The notes: generated by a model not told the origin, from the sequence alone. Positions 1 to 10,518 are shown, numbered from the stretch's first letter. The stretch is 64,000 nucleotides of DNA from Candidatus Bathyarchaeota archaeon (GCA_963775685.1 CAVZJV010000011.1:27546-91545); one strand, 5' to 3'. Numbers and translations: made by a program.

Positions 1-63
1 ACCGGCGATAATTATCACGATAACTAAAACTGCGACTATAATGTACATAGTGTTTTTCTTCAA
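1..63 (-). CDS. N-terminus of a secreted or membrane-anchored protein (runs off the window)
   Basis: GGTGA RBS, then TTG AAG AAA AAC ACT ATG TAC ATT ATA GTC GCA GTT TTA GTT ATC GTG...: basic residues followed by a hydrophobic stretch. Confidence 0.6.
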   Translation of the reverse strand, partial: MKKNTMYIIVAVLVIVIIIAG

Positions 64-261
64 TTGTATCACCGAATTTTTCTGAACTATGTTTGATTCA
101 AAGCAAATATAAGCTTTTTCCAAGCGCTAAAATGTCTGGCTTCAGATAGGCAAATCCCCATTTTCCTTACTTCTTAATGCAGGACAAGTGTCATTGTGGA
201 AAAACAAAGGCTCCTGAAAGTTGCTTTACACAATAGGCTAAGCCTTTTCCTAACAAATAAC

Positions 262-2352
262 TTAACGTTCGATTGAGATTTGGCTTGCTCCCGCTTCTTT
301 TTGGAGAGTAATTACATGGTCTGCTTTTGCAGCGAACGCTTCACTATGCGTGACCGCGATTATTTGCTCAATGGCTTTGAATCGGCTTATAGCTTCCGCC
401 AGCCTCTCTATGCTGCCATCTTCGCTTCCCAAGTTTTCAGTAGGCTCATCAAGCATCAGCAATCCTAAACCGTGACCAGTCCTTGACTGCATAATCAACT
501 GCCCCAGCCCTAAACGGTAAGCAAACGCCAACAAAGTTCGTTCTCCACCTGAAAGGTTGCTGACTTCACGGTCACCCCCAGTTTCGCTCTTCACATATGG
601 CGTATAAGTCTCATCTATAACAACATTGAGCATCGGGAGTTCTCCACCAACTAACCCATCAAGTACTTGCTGAACAAAGTTGCGCAAAACCTTCACGAAT
701 TCGCTACGCAGTTTCGGCTGGATGCTGCGGTAAGCATCACGGATCGCACCCAAAACCTCCACGGTTTTGAGTATTTTCTCCATATGCTCCAGCTTTTCTT
801 GGCCATGGTTGATTCGTTCTTTGATGTCATCCAAACGTTGGGCTAAGTCTTTTTTGCGGTTCTCTTTGGTGCGTAAATCCGAGTCAACAACGTAAAATTG
901 TCTAAACAGCTGTTCTCGTTGCGTTCGTGCAGCTTCAACATCTTGGAGGTTGAACTTGCCGATTTCAAACAAAACAAATTCAAGCTGTGACTTCAAATCA
1001 GACTCAAGTTTCTGCTTTTCCTCGAACTCACTTAAAAGGGTAGACATGTTGTTTTCTTCTTCGCTGATTCTTGCCTTTAAATCCGCTTCACGAGTAACAC
1101 AAGTCTGCAGGTTTGTGTAGGCTTCAGAAGCATTAGCCTTGGTTTTCTGCAGGTCTGCAACCTGAATCCGAATTAGGTTAACTGTTTTTTCTCGTTCAAC
1201 GTTTTCCTGTTGAATTCTCAGCATCAAACCAGTCTTGTACTCACCAGTTAAAGGTTGAATACAGAGAGGACACTTGCTCTCTTCGGCTAACTCCACTATT
1301 CTTTTGTTGTCGGTTTGCATGCTTCGCGAAGTTGCTTCTTGCTCAGCTTTTAAGTTGCTGATTTTATCATCAAACATCATCAAACTTGAACCCAACTGCT
1401 CTAAGGGCAGATTAGCGGGTAACCCTGCTTGATCCAGCTTGAACAAACACATTTTCATCTGAGTACCAAGAGAGCTTTGGCGTTGACGGAGGTTTTCGAC
1501 AATGTTTTTTTTGCCTTCAATGCGCTGATTAAGTGATGCCAAGGTGTTTATCATGTTAGTTATGTAGGCGTTTAATCGGGCTTCTTTACGCCTAAGGTCT
1601 TCTACAGCGAATTTTTTCTCTTCCAACATTTTAAGCTTTGAGTTAGCTTCATCTAACGCTCTTTTGACAACAGCTAGTTTCTGTGCTGAATTCTCCAAAT
1701 CCATCTCTAAGAGAGTGAATTCTTCGCTTGCTCTGTTGTATTCATTGCTGAGTTTTTCTAAGCCGGTAACATCGGCATCCTTCTGGTAGAAGGATAGTTC
1801 ATTCTCGTAGTCCCTTTTGAAGGGGGCAACAGAGTTCCATGCTTCTTCATAATCAGAAAGACCGAATAATTCATCTAAACGAGTTTGCCTATCTCGAGGT
1901 TTAGCGTCAAGTAAATCTTTGAGGTGCTCCTGCCTGAACCAGACGATTTCACGGTAAAGGTCCTTATCCAAACCCGTGATTGCTTTCAGTTGTTCGGCAA
2001 TGGCTTCGGTTTTCATGCTGGCGACAAGCTTCTCGTCTTCATATAGCCTGAGCTGTTCCAGATCTTGGTTGATACTTTTGCCTTTTTTCCTCAGTCCTCT
2101 TGTAAGTTTATAGGTTCTGCCGTTATGAGTGAACTGCAATGTAACTTTGCTCCAGTCAGCGCCTTCACGCATCAAATATTCAAAACTTCTACTGCCAATC
2201 GTGTCTCCGAACAACCCAAAATCCACCGCTAACATCACGCTTGATTTGCCACGGCCAACACCTCCGACTATACAGTTAAACCCACGGGTAAAAGGTACTG
2301 TGGATTTGATGTGGCTTCGGATGTTTTCTAGCTGGACGATTTCGATTTTCAT
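262..2352 (-). CDS. rad50: DNA double-strand break repair ATPase Rad50
   Basis: Walker A GGVGRGKSS, central CPLC zinc hook within coiled coil, LSGGE signature, LLMLDEPT Walker B, VTH; overlaps mre11 stop. Confidence 0.93.
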   Translation of the reverse strand: MKIEIVQLENIRSHIKSTVPFTRGFNCIVGGVGRGKSSVMLAVDFGLFGDTIGSRSFEYLMREGADWSKVTLQFTHNGRTYKLTRGLRKKGKSINQDLEQLRLYEDEKLVASMKTEAIAEQLKAITGLDKDLYREIVWFRQEHLKDLLDAKPRDRQTRLDELFGLSDYEEAWNSVAPFKRDYENELSFYQKDADVTGLEKLSNEYNRASEEFTLLEMDLENSAQKLAVVKRALDEANSKLKMLEEKKFAVEDLRRKEARLNAYITNMINTLASLNQRIEGKKNIVENLRQRQSSLGTQMKMCLFKLDQAGLPANLPLEQLGSSLMMFDDKISNLKAEQEATSRSMQTDNKRIVELAEESKCPLCIQPLTGEYKTGLMLRIQQENVEREKTVNLIRIQVADLQKTKANASEAYTNLQTCVTREADLKARISEEENNMSTLLSEFEEKQKLESDLKSQLEFVLFEIGKFNLQDVEAARTQREQLFRQFYVVDSDLRTKENRKKDLAQRLDDIKERINHGQEKLEHMEKILKTVEVLGAIRDAYRSIQPKLRSEFVKVLRNFVQQVLDGLVGGELPMLNVVIDETYTPYVKSETGGDREVSNLSGGERTLLAFAYRLGLGQLIMQSRTGHGLGLLMLDEPTENLGSEDGSIERLAEAISRFKAIEQIIAVTHSEAFAAKADHVITLQKEAGASQISIER

Positions 2353-3551
2353 TTGGCAAGCTCCTCAATGGTTTGCTTGACTTTGTCGTCTTGTTTTCGG
2401 GTTAAGGGCTCAATTAGGTTGAGCGCTGCTTTTGAGATTTTTTCAGCCTCTTCTTTGCCATAACGTTCAGAGAAGATTTGCAGGAAATACTCGTATGCTT
2501 TAGTTTTCAGGTCCTTAAATCCGCTTTCAAATATGGATCGTACGATTTCGTCGGAAACCGCAGTTTCCATCAGAAGAACGATTGGGTGAACAAGTAAGGC
2601 TTTTTCACCCGCACAGCGAATTTTTGTTATGTCGATTTCCGTGCGGCTTGCTTCTGCTGGCAACGTTCCCTTCAACACCGGAATCACAATTGCACCTTCT
2701 TCATCAGCTTGCTTTACTATCTGAACTGCTAACTCTGTGATTTTAGCTGGGACCATGCCTGTGAAATCTTGTTCTGCAAGCACAAATCTGCGTGGAGACA
2801 TAAGCTCTATCGGTTCAGGGTGGGCTTCACCTTTCTCATTAACCTTAACATGGAAGAAACCTTTGGGGTACTTGGCTTCGTCATAACTCACAGTTTCAGT
2901 GCAGCCGCTGTAAACTAAGATGCCATCCTTGAACTTGCCCAAGAACCTTTCATGTATGTGCCCAGCCGCATAGTAGCAAAAACCACCAGGCAACTCGTCT
3001 GGCGAAATTTCTGCTTCAAAAGGTCCCTTAACGCTAGCCAAATCTATGGCCCCGTGAAAAACAAAGATGTTGGCAACTCCAGCTTTTGGAGTTGGAGGGT
3101 TATCTTCCATGAATTTCGGCAGTGCCTCTTGGGTTTTATGCCTATTATGGTAAGTTGGGATGCCGTAAACATAGCAGCAATCAGGTTTGCTCCAGCATGC
3201 CCCCAGATGCCTCGGCAAATGGATGATTAATCCTGCGCTGTCCAACGGATAGAGAATCGTGCTTGTTATGGTGTTTGGGGCCGAATCGTGCGAGCCGTCA
3301 ACCGTTAAAACCTGGATGCCTGCATCTTTTAGCCGCTTGAAACTTCTGATAGTATTCTCTAAGGTGTGGTTGGATGGTCTTGGCTGATGAAAAAGATCAC
3401 CTGCAATAATTATGAAGTCAGGTTTTAACTCGATTGCCTTGTCCACAAGCTCCGCAAAAGCGTTGTCGAAGTCTTGCCTTCTTGCTTCTAACCCATACTG
3501 CGGATACCCCAAATGCAAATCTGAAGCATGGACAAAACTGAAAGCCCTCAA
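2349..3551 (-). CDS. mre11: DNA repair nuclease Mre11
   Basis: Metallophosphoesterase motifs SDLHLG, AGDLF, GSHD, GHIH, YSG; adjacent to rad50. Confidence 0.93.
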   Translation of the reverse strand: MRAFSFVHASDLHLGYPQYGLEARRQDFDNAFAELVDKAIELKPDFIIIAGDLFHQPRPSNHTLENTIRSFKRLKDAGIQVLTVDGSHDSAPNTITSTILYPLDSAGLIIHLPRHLGACWSKPDCCYVYGIPTYHNRHKTQEALPKFMEDNPPTPKAGVANIFVFHGAIDLASVKGPFEAEISPDELPGGFCYYAAGHIHERFLGKFKDGILVYSGCTETVSYDEAKYPKGFFHVKVNEKGEAHPEPIELMSPRRFVLAEQDFTGMVPAKITELAVQIVKQADEEGAIVIPVLKGTLPAEASRTEIDITKIRCAGEKALLVHPIVLLMETAVSDEIVRSIFESGFKDLKTKAYEYFLQIFSERYGKEEAEKISKAALNLIEPLTRKQDDKVKQTIEELAK

Positions 3552-4522
3552 CCCTTAACCCTCATGCAGTAGTTAGAGTTTGTAATGGCAAGTTTTAAGC
3601 CTTTAGCATGTAACCGAAAAACGCAATGTTATTGTAGTTAGCTTTTTTTCTTTCCGGCAACAATTATTATGTTGACATATGAGAGAGAGAAGTCTCCTGT
3701 GCAGTCCTTCATTTGCACTTAGTATGATTATAAGCTCTTAAGGCAACGATTTTTTTGACCGATTTCACTGTAAGCTATGAGCTAAAGGCGCCTCTCAAAA
3801 TTCTTATTATTAACGGCATGATTTCGCTGTGACTTCCTGAAGTCATTTTCTATTAGTATTTAGACAATCCTCAATCAGCAAAACCATGCGGACTCATATT
3901 AATAAATTAAAAAAAGTGACCTGCCGTCTTTCAAGTTCAGATTGCTGAAGTTTACGGATTCACTAATCACATCTATTTTGACAAGAACGATTCTTCCATT
4001 GTTTCTTAGAACCGTTTCATTCGACGAAAACCTTGCGTCTACAGCTTTGGGGCGCACTTGGAATAGGCGATCTGCATCTTCCCTGTCGAATTTGCCACTG
4101 GCAAACGATAAGTCTTGAGTATTGCACTGAAGGGGCCATATTTTTTAGAACTATTGAGCCATTTAACTTCTGAGGTCGCTTTTTAACCATGTTTAGTTTG
4201 TTGTCAACGCCTACAATTTGCTCTCATTGCCAACGTATTATGTCAGCGCAGTGGTGTCGGTTGCAGGACAACCGCAAAGCTGGAAAAGGTGGAAGCTTCT
4301 GGTTTTGATTTGTTGGCGTTTTGACCGATTTTCTTAGGTGCTCGGCGGTGTCATAGCCTTTATTCTCAGTTACTTTGCTAAAAAACACATTTGCTCTTTT
4401 CTTATTATGTTAAGGGTATTAACTAGTGCCTTCTCTGATGTCGTTTTAAGGAGATTTTTGAGTTATTTTAACGTAAAAATATAAGAAACCCTTCGTATTA
4501 ACTATGGAAAGGCGCAAACCTA

Positions 4523-5347
4523 ATGAAATGCCAAGCATGCACCCAGGACGTTGTTCTACCTTTCACATGTAAATACTGTGGTGGGCAATTTTGCGCAACC
4601 CATCGTTTGCCAGAAAATCATGAATGCCCAAAAATCGACACAGCGCGTACCCAACGCAAAGAACAAGTCATGACCACCCAAAGCTATGGCTCCTACAATT
4701 ATAGTTATGTTTATGATCAAGACCCCTACAAACGAAAGCGTCCAATCATTTTCAGTCAAAAAGAAGTCAAACACATCAGCATTGCAGCAGCACTTGTTAT
4801 TGGTATCGGCTTCTCTATAGGATTATATGGCCAGTTTTTTGGTGGTTTCCTATTCAATTGGACCTATGAATTCATGGCTGTATTCGCAACTATAATGACA
4901 ACTTCGTTTTTGGCTCATGAAATCGCGCATAAGGTGTTTGCCCAAAGGAAGGGGTTGTGGGCTGAGTTCCGCTTGACTACTTGGGGTGCGGTGTTGACTT
5001 TCGCGTCGATTTTCCTGCCCTTTAGGATGATTGCTCCAGGAGCCATGATGATAGGCGGTCAACTCAAAGAAAGTGACGATTTACTGAAAATTTCGATAGC
5101 TGGACCAATAACCAACCTAATCTTTTCGGTCGGAATAATTGGCGTAGCCTTTTTTGCGCCCGTAACGATCGATTTCTCCCTGATGCTCATGTTTGCTGCT
5201 TACATCAATGCATTCATGGCTGTCTTTAACTTGGTTCCGTTCGGCGTTTTGGACGGTTACAAGATTTTTCAAGTTAACAAAAAAGTCTGGATTGCAACTT
5301 TTGTTCCAAGCGCTATTCTAGCGATTTTTACTTTCCTCTATGTTTAA
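4523..5347 (+). CDS. AN1-type zinc finger fused to M50 (site-2) intramembrane metalloprotease
   Basis: N-terminal CxxC...FTCKYCGGQFCATHRLPENHEC; HEIAH, AGPITN and NLVPFGVLDG motifs in TM region. Confidence 0.85.
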   Translation: MKCQACTQDVVLPFTCKYCGGQFCATHRLPENHECPKIDTARTQRKEQVMTTQSYGSYNYSYVYDQDPYKRKRPIIFSQKEVKHISIAAALVIGIGFSIGLYGQFFGGFLFNWTYEFMAVFATIMTTSFLAHEIAHKVFAQRKGLWAEFRLTTWGAVLTFASIFLPFRMIAPGAMMIGGQLKESDDLLKISIAGPITNLIFSVGIIGVAFFAPVTIDFSLMLMFAAYINAFMAVFNLVPFGVLDGYKIFQVNKKVWIATFVPSAILAIFTFLYV

Positions 5348-5360
5348 AAAGAAAGAGGCA

Positions 5361-5555
5361 CTATTGTCCTCTTTCGAAAAGTAAGTAATGGTTTACGGTG
5401 TAATTCCAAGCACCACCCATTCCGGCTGTGTTATAGCTGTGCAATCGCCAGCCCTGTTGCTCCCATTCAATGATTGATTTACCCACGTCGTCATGGTGAT
5501 TAAGGAGTATGCATCGCCATTCTTTCATAGTTTCACCTCTTGAACCGATTACCAT
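5361..5555 (-). CDS. small DUF4177-like protein
   Basis: EWEQQGWRL...YLLFER pattern; true start may be the downstream MKEW codon. Confidence 0.55.
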   Translation of the reverse strand: MVIGSRGETMKEWRCILLNHHDDVGKSIIEWEQQGWRLHSYNTAGMGGAWNYTVNHYLLFERGQ

Positions 5556-5619
5556 AGTAAAATTTAAGGAATTTCCTAAGAGGCTCTGAAAATTCTAAAA
5601 AGGGCTAAACTGAAAAAGT

Positions 5620-5928
5620 TTAGATAAGTTCAATTGTTACGTGCACTTCTTCAGGTACACGGATACGCATAATTCGGCGCATGACACGCTCTTCAGAGTC
5701 TATATCGATTAACCGTTTGTGAATGCGCATTTCCCATCGGTCCCATGTTGCTGTGCCTTCGCCTGATGGACCTTTAAGAACTGGAACACGGAGTCGTTTG
5801 GTTGGTAGTGGCACTGGGCCGTTCATTTTTACTCCAGTTTTTGAGGCGATACTTTTTAGTTCTCCACATACCTCTTCTAATTTACTATAATCCGTACTTG
5901 TGAGGCGTATTCGTGCTTTTCTGACCAT
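5620..5928 (-). CDS. rps10: 30S ribosomal protein uS10
   Basis: ARIRLTS...[10 protein letters not shown]...[11 protein letters not shown]. Confidence 0.98.
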   Translation of the reverse strand: MVRKARIRLTSTDYSKLEEVCGELKSIASKTGVKMNGPVPLPTKRLRVPVLKGPSGEGTATWDRWEMRIHKRLIDIDSEERVMRRIMRIRVPEEVHVTIELI

Positions 5929-6277
5929 GCTTTGATGTCAAATCCCGTTTGTTGCAAACCATAGACACAATAGCCAAACATAAAAACCTATCGACGCACA
6001 TTATTTCTTATCGTCTAGCATTTTTTTAATCCGCCGAATCGTTTGGGCTTTCGATAGAAATGCGCTGTAATACCGTTAAAGGTAGCTTCATCATTTTTGC
6101 TAGCCGGCTTTGCCTAAATCGGGGAACGATTATTTCTACAGTTATTGTTCTCGAACCTCAATAATCCCAGAAATCACTTCTAAGAAATTCAGCAAAAAAG
6201 AAAATAATATTTACTCTGTTACATGCAAATTGAAACTAAAAAAGGGGAACTCAAAGAGTAAGAGACACAAGTTCGCT

Positions 6278-6576
6278 TTATCGTGCCCAGCAGGGTCCAT
6301 AGTTGTATCCGTTGCCATAGCTGCCTTGATATGGCGCAGGGGGAGTTGTGGCGTCTGTTGGTGCTTGAGGCGCTGCATAACCGTTGCTGCAGGCTTGGTT
6401 TACTCCGTAGTCAAGGCAGTTGCCGATACATCTCCAGAATCCGTTGTTGGGGGGTTGGCTGGGGTTTGTGGTCGTGTCTAATTGGCTTGCGGTTAGTTGG
6501 GCTGAAGCTAAATCAAAGGCGTCCAGGGTCAGGCCGCCACAGTGATTAAGGCGATTGTGATTTTAGTTTTACTCAT
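6278..6576 (-). pseudogene. frameshifted small secreted Pro/Gly/Tyr-rich protein
   Basis: GGTGA RBS and ATG 6576 give MSKTKITIALITVAA; after a 1-nt shift near 6532 it reads LTLDAFDLASAQL...NNGFWRCIGNC...GYNYGPCWAR-stop. Confidence 0.65.
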
Positions 6577-7009
6577 TTTGTTTATCACCATGTTGCTATA
6601 GGTCATAGGGGCTTATGGCAGTTGGCTGAACAAGAATGAAACAGTTTGAGAAACGGTTTTGAAGCGTTTTGTTTTCTTCTTCACAGATCACTTTTAGCCC
6701 AATAAGCTTGAATAACTTCATTTTCATAGGAGACTCTAATATCTGCAAAGGTCCTTTGGAGTTACTGTTTAAAAACACAAACAGCATTTTTTGCTATTCT
6801 TCAACATGAGGGAGAATTAGGAATTTGAACCAAAACATGATTGTTAAGCTTATGATATCTGAGCGGGTTTTTCCATTTAGCATAAGAGGTGTTAAGGTAG
6901 TTTTTCCAGGGTTTGCGTTAGGTGATTTTACGTTTTCACAGGGTTCGTCTATTTTGTCATTAGAGTCCCTGTTATGCGTGAAAGTCCAGCTTCAGCCACA
7001 GCTTGGAGG

Positions 7010-7276
7010 ATTGCAGAGCAGCTAATCAAGGAAGGTTCCGACGTTCATGCAGGAAACAGTGAGCGTTTTGTTTTCACTGATTCAACAAACAAACGCTTTG
7101 AACGTCGCGTAAGGTAGCTCAGCTAATTGAGAAAGGGTTAGAACCTGACACTAAAAAGATACCTGCTAATTCTTTATTCAGCAATTGGCAAACATGCTAA
7201 GCTTCACGGGTTTAACACAAAATCAATCTACGAAGCTGTTAGAGAACAAAAACAAAACAGTCTCCAGCAATATTGA
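7010..7276 (+). pseudogene. decayed C-terminal fragment resembling a family B DNA polymerase (PolB2-like)
   Basis: Joining frames gives IAEQLIKEGSDVHAGNSERFVFTDSTNKRFERRV / AQLIEKGLEPDTKK / YLLILYSA / ANMLSFTG / KSIYEAVREQKQNSLQQY-stop, recalled as a PolB C-terminal pattern. Confidence 0.45.
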
Positions 7277-7280
7277 GGAA

Positions 7281-7480
7281 ATGCCTATGGTGAAACTTCG
7301 TTTTGACAAATCAAAAAGAAAGTACAAAAACGACAAAAAAATATACGCGTACGATCGAATCACACTTGTTTTCCCCAGAGAATACCATGACTTGCTAAAA
7401 GCAATAAACAACTTTCAATATTCATTGAAAAAAAGGATGAACGCCTAAACCTGTCGTTGTCTGAAGTCAAGAAACCTTAA
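7281..7480 (+). pseudogene. small basic hypothetical protein, probable frameshift in a poly-A run
   Basis: MPMVKLRFDKSKRKYKNDKKIYAYDRITLVFP...; alternative frame continues KKDERLNLSLSEVKKP-stop. Confidence 0.4.
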
Positions 7481-7845
7481 CCTTTGAAGGGTTCCCGCGT
7501 AATTCATCTTCACAACAAAATGTCAAAGCAAGAAGAATTGGTACAGTGGGAGATCGCCCACCGCAATCGAATTAGCTTCAGATTTTCCAAAGTCAAAAGA
7601 GCTAAATGTGCCCTACAAAATGTTTCGGCATGACAAAACCTACAAAGTGAAAACACAGGAAAAGACCTTAAACCTGCGGCTTTATTCGCGGAATCCTATA
7701 TTTTGTGTAAATGGGGTCTCAGAGAAAAATTTGCCCAAGGCATTTCTGCATGCCGAAGAATTTTTCCTCGAACCAAAGAGGCATTTTCAGCTCAAATAAT
7801 GTAATAAACGACCTTTGCCGTCTGTTTCTTAAGGCGAAATCAGCT

Positions 7846-8076
7846 TGCAAAAATAATTTACAAGAGAAGTAGAATCGATCCAGCTAAAATATCAGGTCCT
7901 TATTCTCTTTTTGCAGTGATGCTTTTGGTGGTAGAAATTTTTTTGCAATCTGGTTTTATAAATCTCAAAGTTCCATTGAAAGAATAGTTGCAGGTTCAAT
8001 AATGGCACTTGTTTTCATCGCTCTAATAATTTTTGCCATGAAAATAAACCGAACTGCCGACCAAGAAAAACCTTAA
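7846..8076 (+). pseudogene. frameshifted two-TM membrane protein remnant
   Basis: AKISGPYSLFAVMLLVVEIF / AIWFYKSQSSIERIVAGSIMALVFIALIIFAMK..., shift in a T run. Confidence 0.35.
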
Positions 8077-8439
8077 ATGGAATCAGAAGCGGGTCTGCTT
8101 AACTTTTTTTTAAATATTTCCAAAAACTATCTACGCTCCGACTGAGGTTTCGAGGACAAAAACTTTACAATTACTCTATAGTATCCGCTATTTCGTCAAT
8201 TTCAATCTTGCTTGTGGCTATATTCCAGCCTATTGAGTGAAAAATTAACTCCTTGAGCTTTGTTAGTGATTAGACACAATCACAATGCTATATGTAGCAT
8301 AACATTGTTCCCTAATTTGTTATCATTAAGTCAATCGGTTGGTAGTTGTCTGATTGGTTTTTTGAAAAAAGGGTAACATACGAGGCAGAGATTAAAACTC
8401 GCCTAATTTAAAGTTGGTTTATTGAGGAGGTGAAGAAGA

Positions 8440-9153
8440 ATAAGAGATATTGTTAATACACTTATTGAGGCGGGCTCTTTCAAGATGCTCGTCTCAGCAA
8501 TCCAAGCAGCCGAACTAGTAGATATGCTCAGAGACACAGGTAATTTTACGGTTTTTGCACCAGATGACGAAGCTTTTTCTAAACTGCCCCAAGGCACATT
8601 TGAAGACCTTCTAAAAAACCTACCAAGGTTAAATGCTATTGTAATGTATCACGTCGTTGCAGGAAAGCTCACCATCGATCAAATCAGTCAAATGGAAACT
8701 GCCAAAACAATCCAAGGCCAAGAAGTCAAAATTGACGCCCCCAAATGGCATCTCCACATGAACCCCAAAATCGATGACGCAAACATAACAAATGCAGATA
8801 TAGATACAAAAAATGGCGTGATTCATGTTTTGGATAGAGTTCTTATGCCAAATATGGCGTTAACTTGCCCAGTTTGTGGAATGGGGTTCGTAACAATTCA
8901 TGCTTTGAATACTCACACAAGAACGGTTCACCCAGAAGAAAGTAGACCAAAGCCAATGCCAAATGCTGAAACTAAGCCTACGGTTGAAAAAAACCCCAAA
9001 CACCTCTCAGCTATGTCGTCTCAAGATATACCGCTTAGGGGAGTAGAACCCAACCAGATCCCTTGTCCAGTATGCGGAAAAACCTTCAAGAGTTCGTCCG
9101 AAATGGAAAGACACATGGATACAGCACACCATGAAACAAAAGGACACGAATAA
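8440..9153 (+). CDS. fasciclin (FAS1) domain protein with two C-terminal C2H2 zinc fingers
   Basis: FTVFAPDDEAF, YHVV, NGVIHVLDRVL; CPVCGMGF..H...H and CPVCGKTF..H...H; GAGGAGGTGA RBS precedes in-frame ATA at 8440 (first ATG 8485). Confidence 0.85.
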   Translation: MRDIVNTLIEAGSFKMLVSAIQAAELVDMLRDTGNFTVFAPDDEAFSKLPQGTFEDLLKNLPRLNAIVMYHVVAGKLTIDQISQMETAKTIQGQEVKIDAPKWHLHMNPKIDDANITNADIDTKNGVIHVLDRVLMPNMALTCPVCGMGFVTIHALNTHTRTVHPEESRPKPMPNAETKPTVEKNPKHLSAMSSQDIPLRGVEPNQIPCPVCGKTFKSSSEMERHMDTAHHETKGHE

Positions 9154-9244
9154 ACCTGCATCTAACTATGTGAAGAAGGAACCTAATTGCTACTTTTTGC
9201 ATTGCTCTTAGCCTTAACCTTTTTTTGTTCTTCAGCTATTAATC

Positions 9245-9700
9245 CTATCTTTTCAAGCAGTAGTGGACAGTTTTCTGGGCATAGCCGTTGTAGTTGAAGT
9301 GGCCGTAGGCTTTTTTGACGTTGTTGGCTGTTTTTTGGATCTTTGGTACCCAGGGTTGCAGTTCTTCTTCGTTGTATTGGTAGTCAAACCAGATGTTTTT
9401 TCCTTTGCCTTGCCAGCGGAAATATGCAAAATCTGCTATTAGATGTATTTCTGGAGGTAGAAGCGGTTCATCGACAATGGTGGAAGCCACTCCATACTGC
9501 TTGAGGAGCGGGACTGTTTCGATGTTAGGTATGAGCCAGGTTGTATTTCTAAATTCTAAGGCGTTCCTGAATGTTGTGTCGAGCATTTGAAAGAAAGCTT
9601 CTAGGTTTTTAGGGTGTTTGAGTATTTTGGCGGCAGCTGGATGAGCAAGCAAACGATGGAGGACATAACCGCAGGCTCTCCTGACGATAAATCTGCTCAT
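9245..9700 (-). pseudogene. truncated and frameshifted DUF72 (YecE-like) protein
   Basis: ALEFRNTTW, VDEPLLPP, FAYFRWQG, YQYNEEELQPW; the preceding CLLIQLPPKY motif is in another frame; N-terminal half missing. Confidence 0.7.
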
Positions 9701-10041
9701 AATGATCGAGTCCCTTGAGCAAAACCAAAATAGACAAAGACCATTTTATTCTGAAAATAAAAAAGAAGGAATTATTGCGGGAGAACGGGTGATAATATAT
9801 AAAATCTATCGACGCACAAAAACAAAGGTAAGGACGAAATCCTCCTTAATTCCGCCAAGATAGCCAAACTAATAGCGTTCAGGCAACCATAACTCTCATT
9901 TAATGGTTCAAAAATGTCGACTGCAACTATCCCTTTAGAGAAGGAGCAGTTAGACAATCGTTATCTAATTAGGTGTTTTGTACTTGGGATGTCTATTATG
10001 CAAATTTTTAGGCGTTTGACGTGTAGGCAACGGGTTCCGAG

Positions 10042-10095
10042 AAGTTGTTGTTGCTGTTGTTGTTGCAACTGAATTTTGCACAAACAGTTGCAACT
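10042..10095 (-). repeat. dispersed CAA-rich intergenic element, copy 1
   Basis: 10042-10070 is the exact reverse complement of 41046-41074 (AGTTGCAACAACAACAGCAACAACAACTT); second GTTGCAAC palindrome at 10087-10094. Confidence 0.85.
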
Positions 10096-10262
10096 TTCAC
10101 ACACTTTAAAAGTTAAGAAAAGGAAGGGCGACAAATTCGTTAGAAATTGGTTTAAGCATATCGGCAATGAAAAAACAACTGTAAAACCCCTAATTCATTG
10201 GAGGTTTAACGGTTACAATGCAACATTCATTATAGTTCTGCAACGATATTCTATTGATCCAT

Positions 10263-10493
10263 CTAATAACCGCTCGCTCTTAAGCACTTTTCGAATCTGT
10301 CGTCATATCTTTTACTGAAAAAAGCTGCATTAAGTACTAGCTTGTTCCTGATTATTTCGATTTGTTCTGGTGTGAATACTTCTTCTTGGCATGCTGGGCA
10401 TCTGAGCGCTTTCACGTTATGCAAGATAACGCTATTAAATTCCAAGTCAAATTCCACTTCAATGAATTCGATACAGCAAGAAGGGCAAAGCAA
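10263..10493 (-). CDS. YgiT/MqsA-type zinc finger protein
   Basis: CPSC...VILHNVKALRCPACQEEVFTPE; likely TTG start at 10493, downstream of the flavodoxin stop. Confidence 0.7.
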   Translation of the reverse strand: MLCPSCCIEFIEVEFDLEFNSVILHNVKALRCPACQEEVFTPEQIEIIRNKLVLNAAFFSKRYDDRFEKCLRASGY

Positions 10494-10518
10494 GGCGTTT
10501 GCTTTTGTGGCAGTTGGT

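Noticed and set aside
3552-4522. Replication origin
   Set aside because: No ORB-like boxes recognised and no adjacent cdc6/orc1
10042-10095. CRISPR repeat (GTTGCAA start)
   Set aside because: No regularly spaced repeat-spacer units and no cas genes in the window
9961-10167. 68-aa ORF with poly-Gln, and the 40974-41204 ORF with poly-Asn
   Set aside because: Both are translations of the same CAA element in different frames, so conservation is at DNA level rather than protein level
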